Below are positions 63,117-64,000 of a stretch of 64,000 bases of DNA, in pieces; positions within the stretch are counted from its first letter, which is position 1; each line of letters begins with the position of its first letter. Made by a program: the position numbers and the translations under genes. The stretch covers positions 224,001-288,000 of the forward strand of contig CAWFGE010000013.1 in NCBI GenBank assembly GCA_963815195.1, read 5' to 3'. Source of the DNA: an uncultured Planctomycetaceae bacterium. Its GTDB lineage: Bacteria > Planctomycetota > Planctomycetia > Planctomycetales > Planctomycetaceae. Below the pieces are notes generated by a model. It made no database searches and had not been told where the DNA came from. It saw nothing but the letters and a program-made list of their open reading frames with translations.

Positions 63117-63539
63117 TTACTCGACATACTGCACGTCCTTCAAAGCGATTTGATCGGAACCCACGCCGACGTAGGCGTTGCCGTCTTGAATGAAAGCCCG
63201 CTGAACGACGCCTTGGACCGTTTTTGAATTCCCGTTGACCGAGACGGTGCCGGAGATGGTTTTGCCGATCAGCGAGGCCGCGGAGGTGAGCTGTTCCTGC
63301 GAGCCGAGGTTCTTGAGCACGTCTCCCAACTCGGTGCTGGATTGCAGCGAACGCATTTGGGAAATCTGATTGAGCAGCTCTTCGTTCTTGGTCGGTTCGA
63401 GGGGATCCTGGTTTTGCAGCTGCACGATCATCATTTTCAAAAAGTCTTCCGAAGACAGGGCGTTAAAGCCCGTCTGGTCCTTCGAGACCGTCGGGGTGGA
63501 CGTCGCCGAGGACGCGGAGGAAGTCGCGGAAACAGTCAT
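63117..63539 (-). CDS. flgD: Flagellar hook-capping protein FlgD
   Basis: FLKMMIVQLQNQDPLEP...Q, AASLIGK. Confidence 0.93.
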   Translation of the reverse strand: MTVSATSSASSATSTPTVSKDQTGFNALSSEDFLKMMIVQLQNQDPLEPTKNEELLNQISQMRSLQSSTELGDVLKNLGSQEQLTSAASLIGKTISGTVSVNGNSKTVQGVVQRAFIQDGNAYVGVGSDQIALKDVQYVE

Positions 63540-63579
63540 GTCGGCAGTTCCTCAATAAGAGGGAGTCGTCGGTGAAAGA

Positions 63580-64000
63580 TCAAATATGAATATCGATTCC
63601 CGTGAGGGGTTGTGTTCGATACCGGCCGTCCGCGAGCTGGGCCGGGTCGTCGGGGGAGGCCGTGTCGGTCAGCGTCTCTGTATTCGATGGATCGTGATAG
63701 GGTTGCCCGCCCAACGGGTCGTCAAACTCTTGCTGCGTGGAGGGAAACTGCTCAAAGCCGGCCTGGGAATGCGATCCAACATCCGCCTGCGAGTCGAGCA
63801 GATTCAGTTCAATCCGGTCGACGTGGGCGTTCGTGCGATGGAGCATGTCGTGAAGCTGCTGCATATGGTCCTGAATCGCCTGGTGGGCGGCCGCGTTGTG
63901 CACGTCGAGCCGGGCGGTGAGCGTGCCGTCCTTCGAAACGATCTGGATATCCAACACGCCGAGCTCCGGCGGATGCAATCGCATGCGGAGCGACTGGCCG
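63580..64000 (-). CDS. fliK: Flagellar hook-length control protein FliK, C-terminal part (runs off the window)
   Basis: RMRLHPPELG T3S4 motif; tail GIDIHI; upstream of flgD. Confidence 0.88.
   Translation of the reverse strand, partial: GQSLRMRLHPPELGVLDIQIVSKDGTLTARLDVHNAAAHQAIQDHMQQLHDMLHRTNAHVDRIELNLLDSQADVGSHSQAGFEQFPSTQQEFDDPLGGQPYHDPSNTETLTDTASPDDPAQLADGRYRTQPLTGIDIHI

Overview
GC-rich bacterial DNA, almost certainly from a Planctomycetota (Planctomycetaceae-like) genome. The evidence is a DUF1549/DUF1553-DUF1501 module, a LEPRxLL-type extracellular motif and planctomycete-style REP repeats. There are four blocks. (1) 1-12.4 kb: the end of an alpha-E (ATP-grasp-associated) gene, a CxxC-less TlpA-fold lipoprotein, a BON protein, a conserved lipoprotein, a large TPR protein, glycerate kinase and a hydrolase. 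(2) 12.6-47.4 kb: a ~35 kb PEP-CTERM/exosortase-associated surface-glycan locus. It holds a PEP-CTERM protein, a giant TPR protein, an alternative GlmU, GlmS, exosortase, Wzc, EpsI, a priming transferase, a NarL-type regulator, Wzm/Wzt, a secreted beta-helix protein, GT2/GT4 enzymes, a methyltransferase, a PaaK/CapK-like ligase, an Asn-synthetase-like enzyme, an EEP protein and an O-antigen ligase/Wzy-like protein. (3) 48-53.4 kb: DUF2617 and a DUF1549/1553-DUF1501-WD40 module. (4) 53.7-64 kb: the flagellar operon fliK-flgD-flgE-flbD-motA-motB-fliL-fliN-fliO-fliP-fliQ-fliR-flhB. About 14 single-base frameshifts look like assembly errors. The most notable observations are an EF-hand inserted into FliR, a FliM-like CheY-binding peptide on FliN with no fliM in the operon, a hybrid ABC + Wzc + ligase glycan locus tied to exosortase, a 7x35-bp spacer-less tandem REP array, and nested inverted-repeat elements. 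No rRNA, tRNA, CRISPR array or transposase was seen. All family calls are by-eye motif recognition, not database searches.
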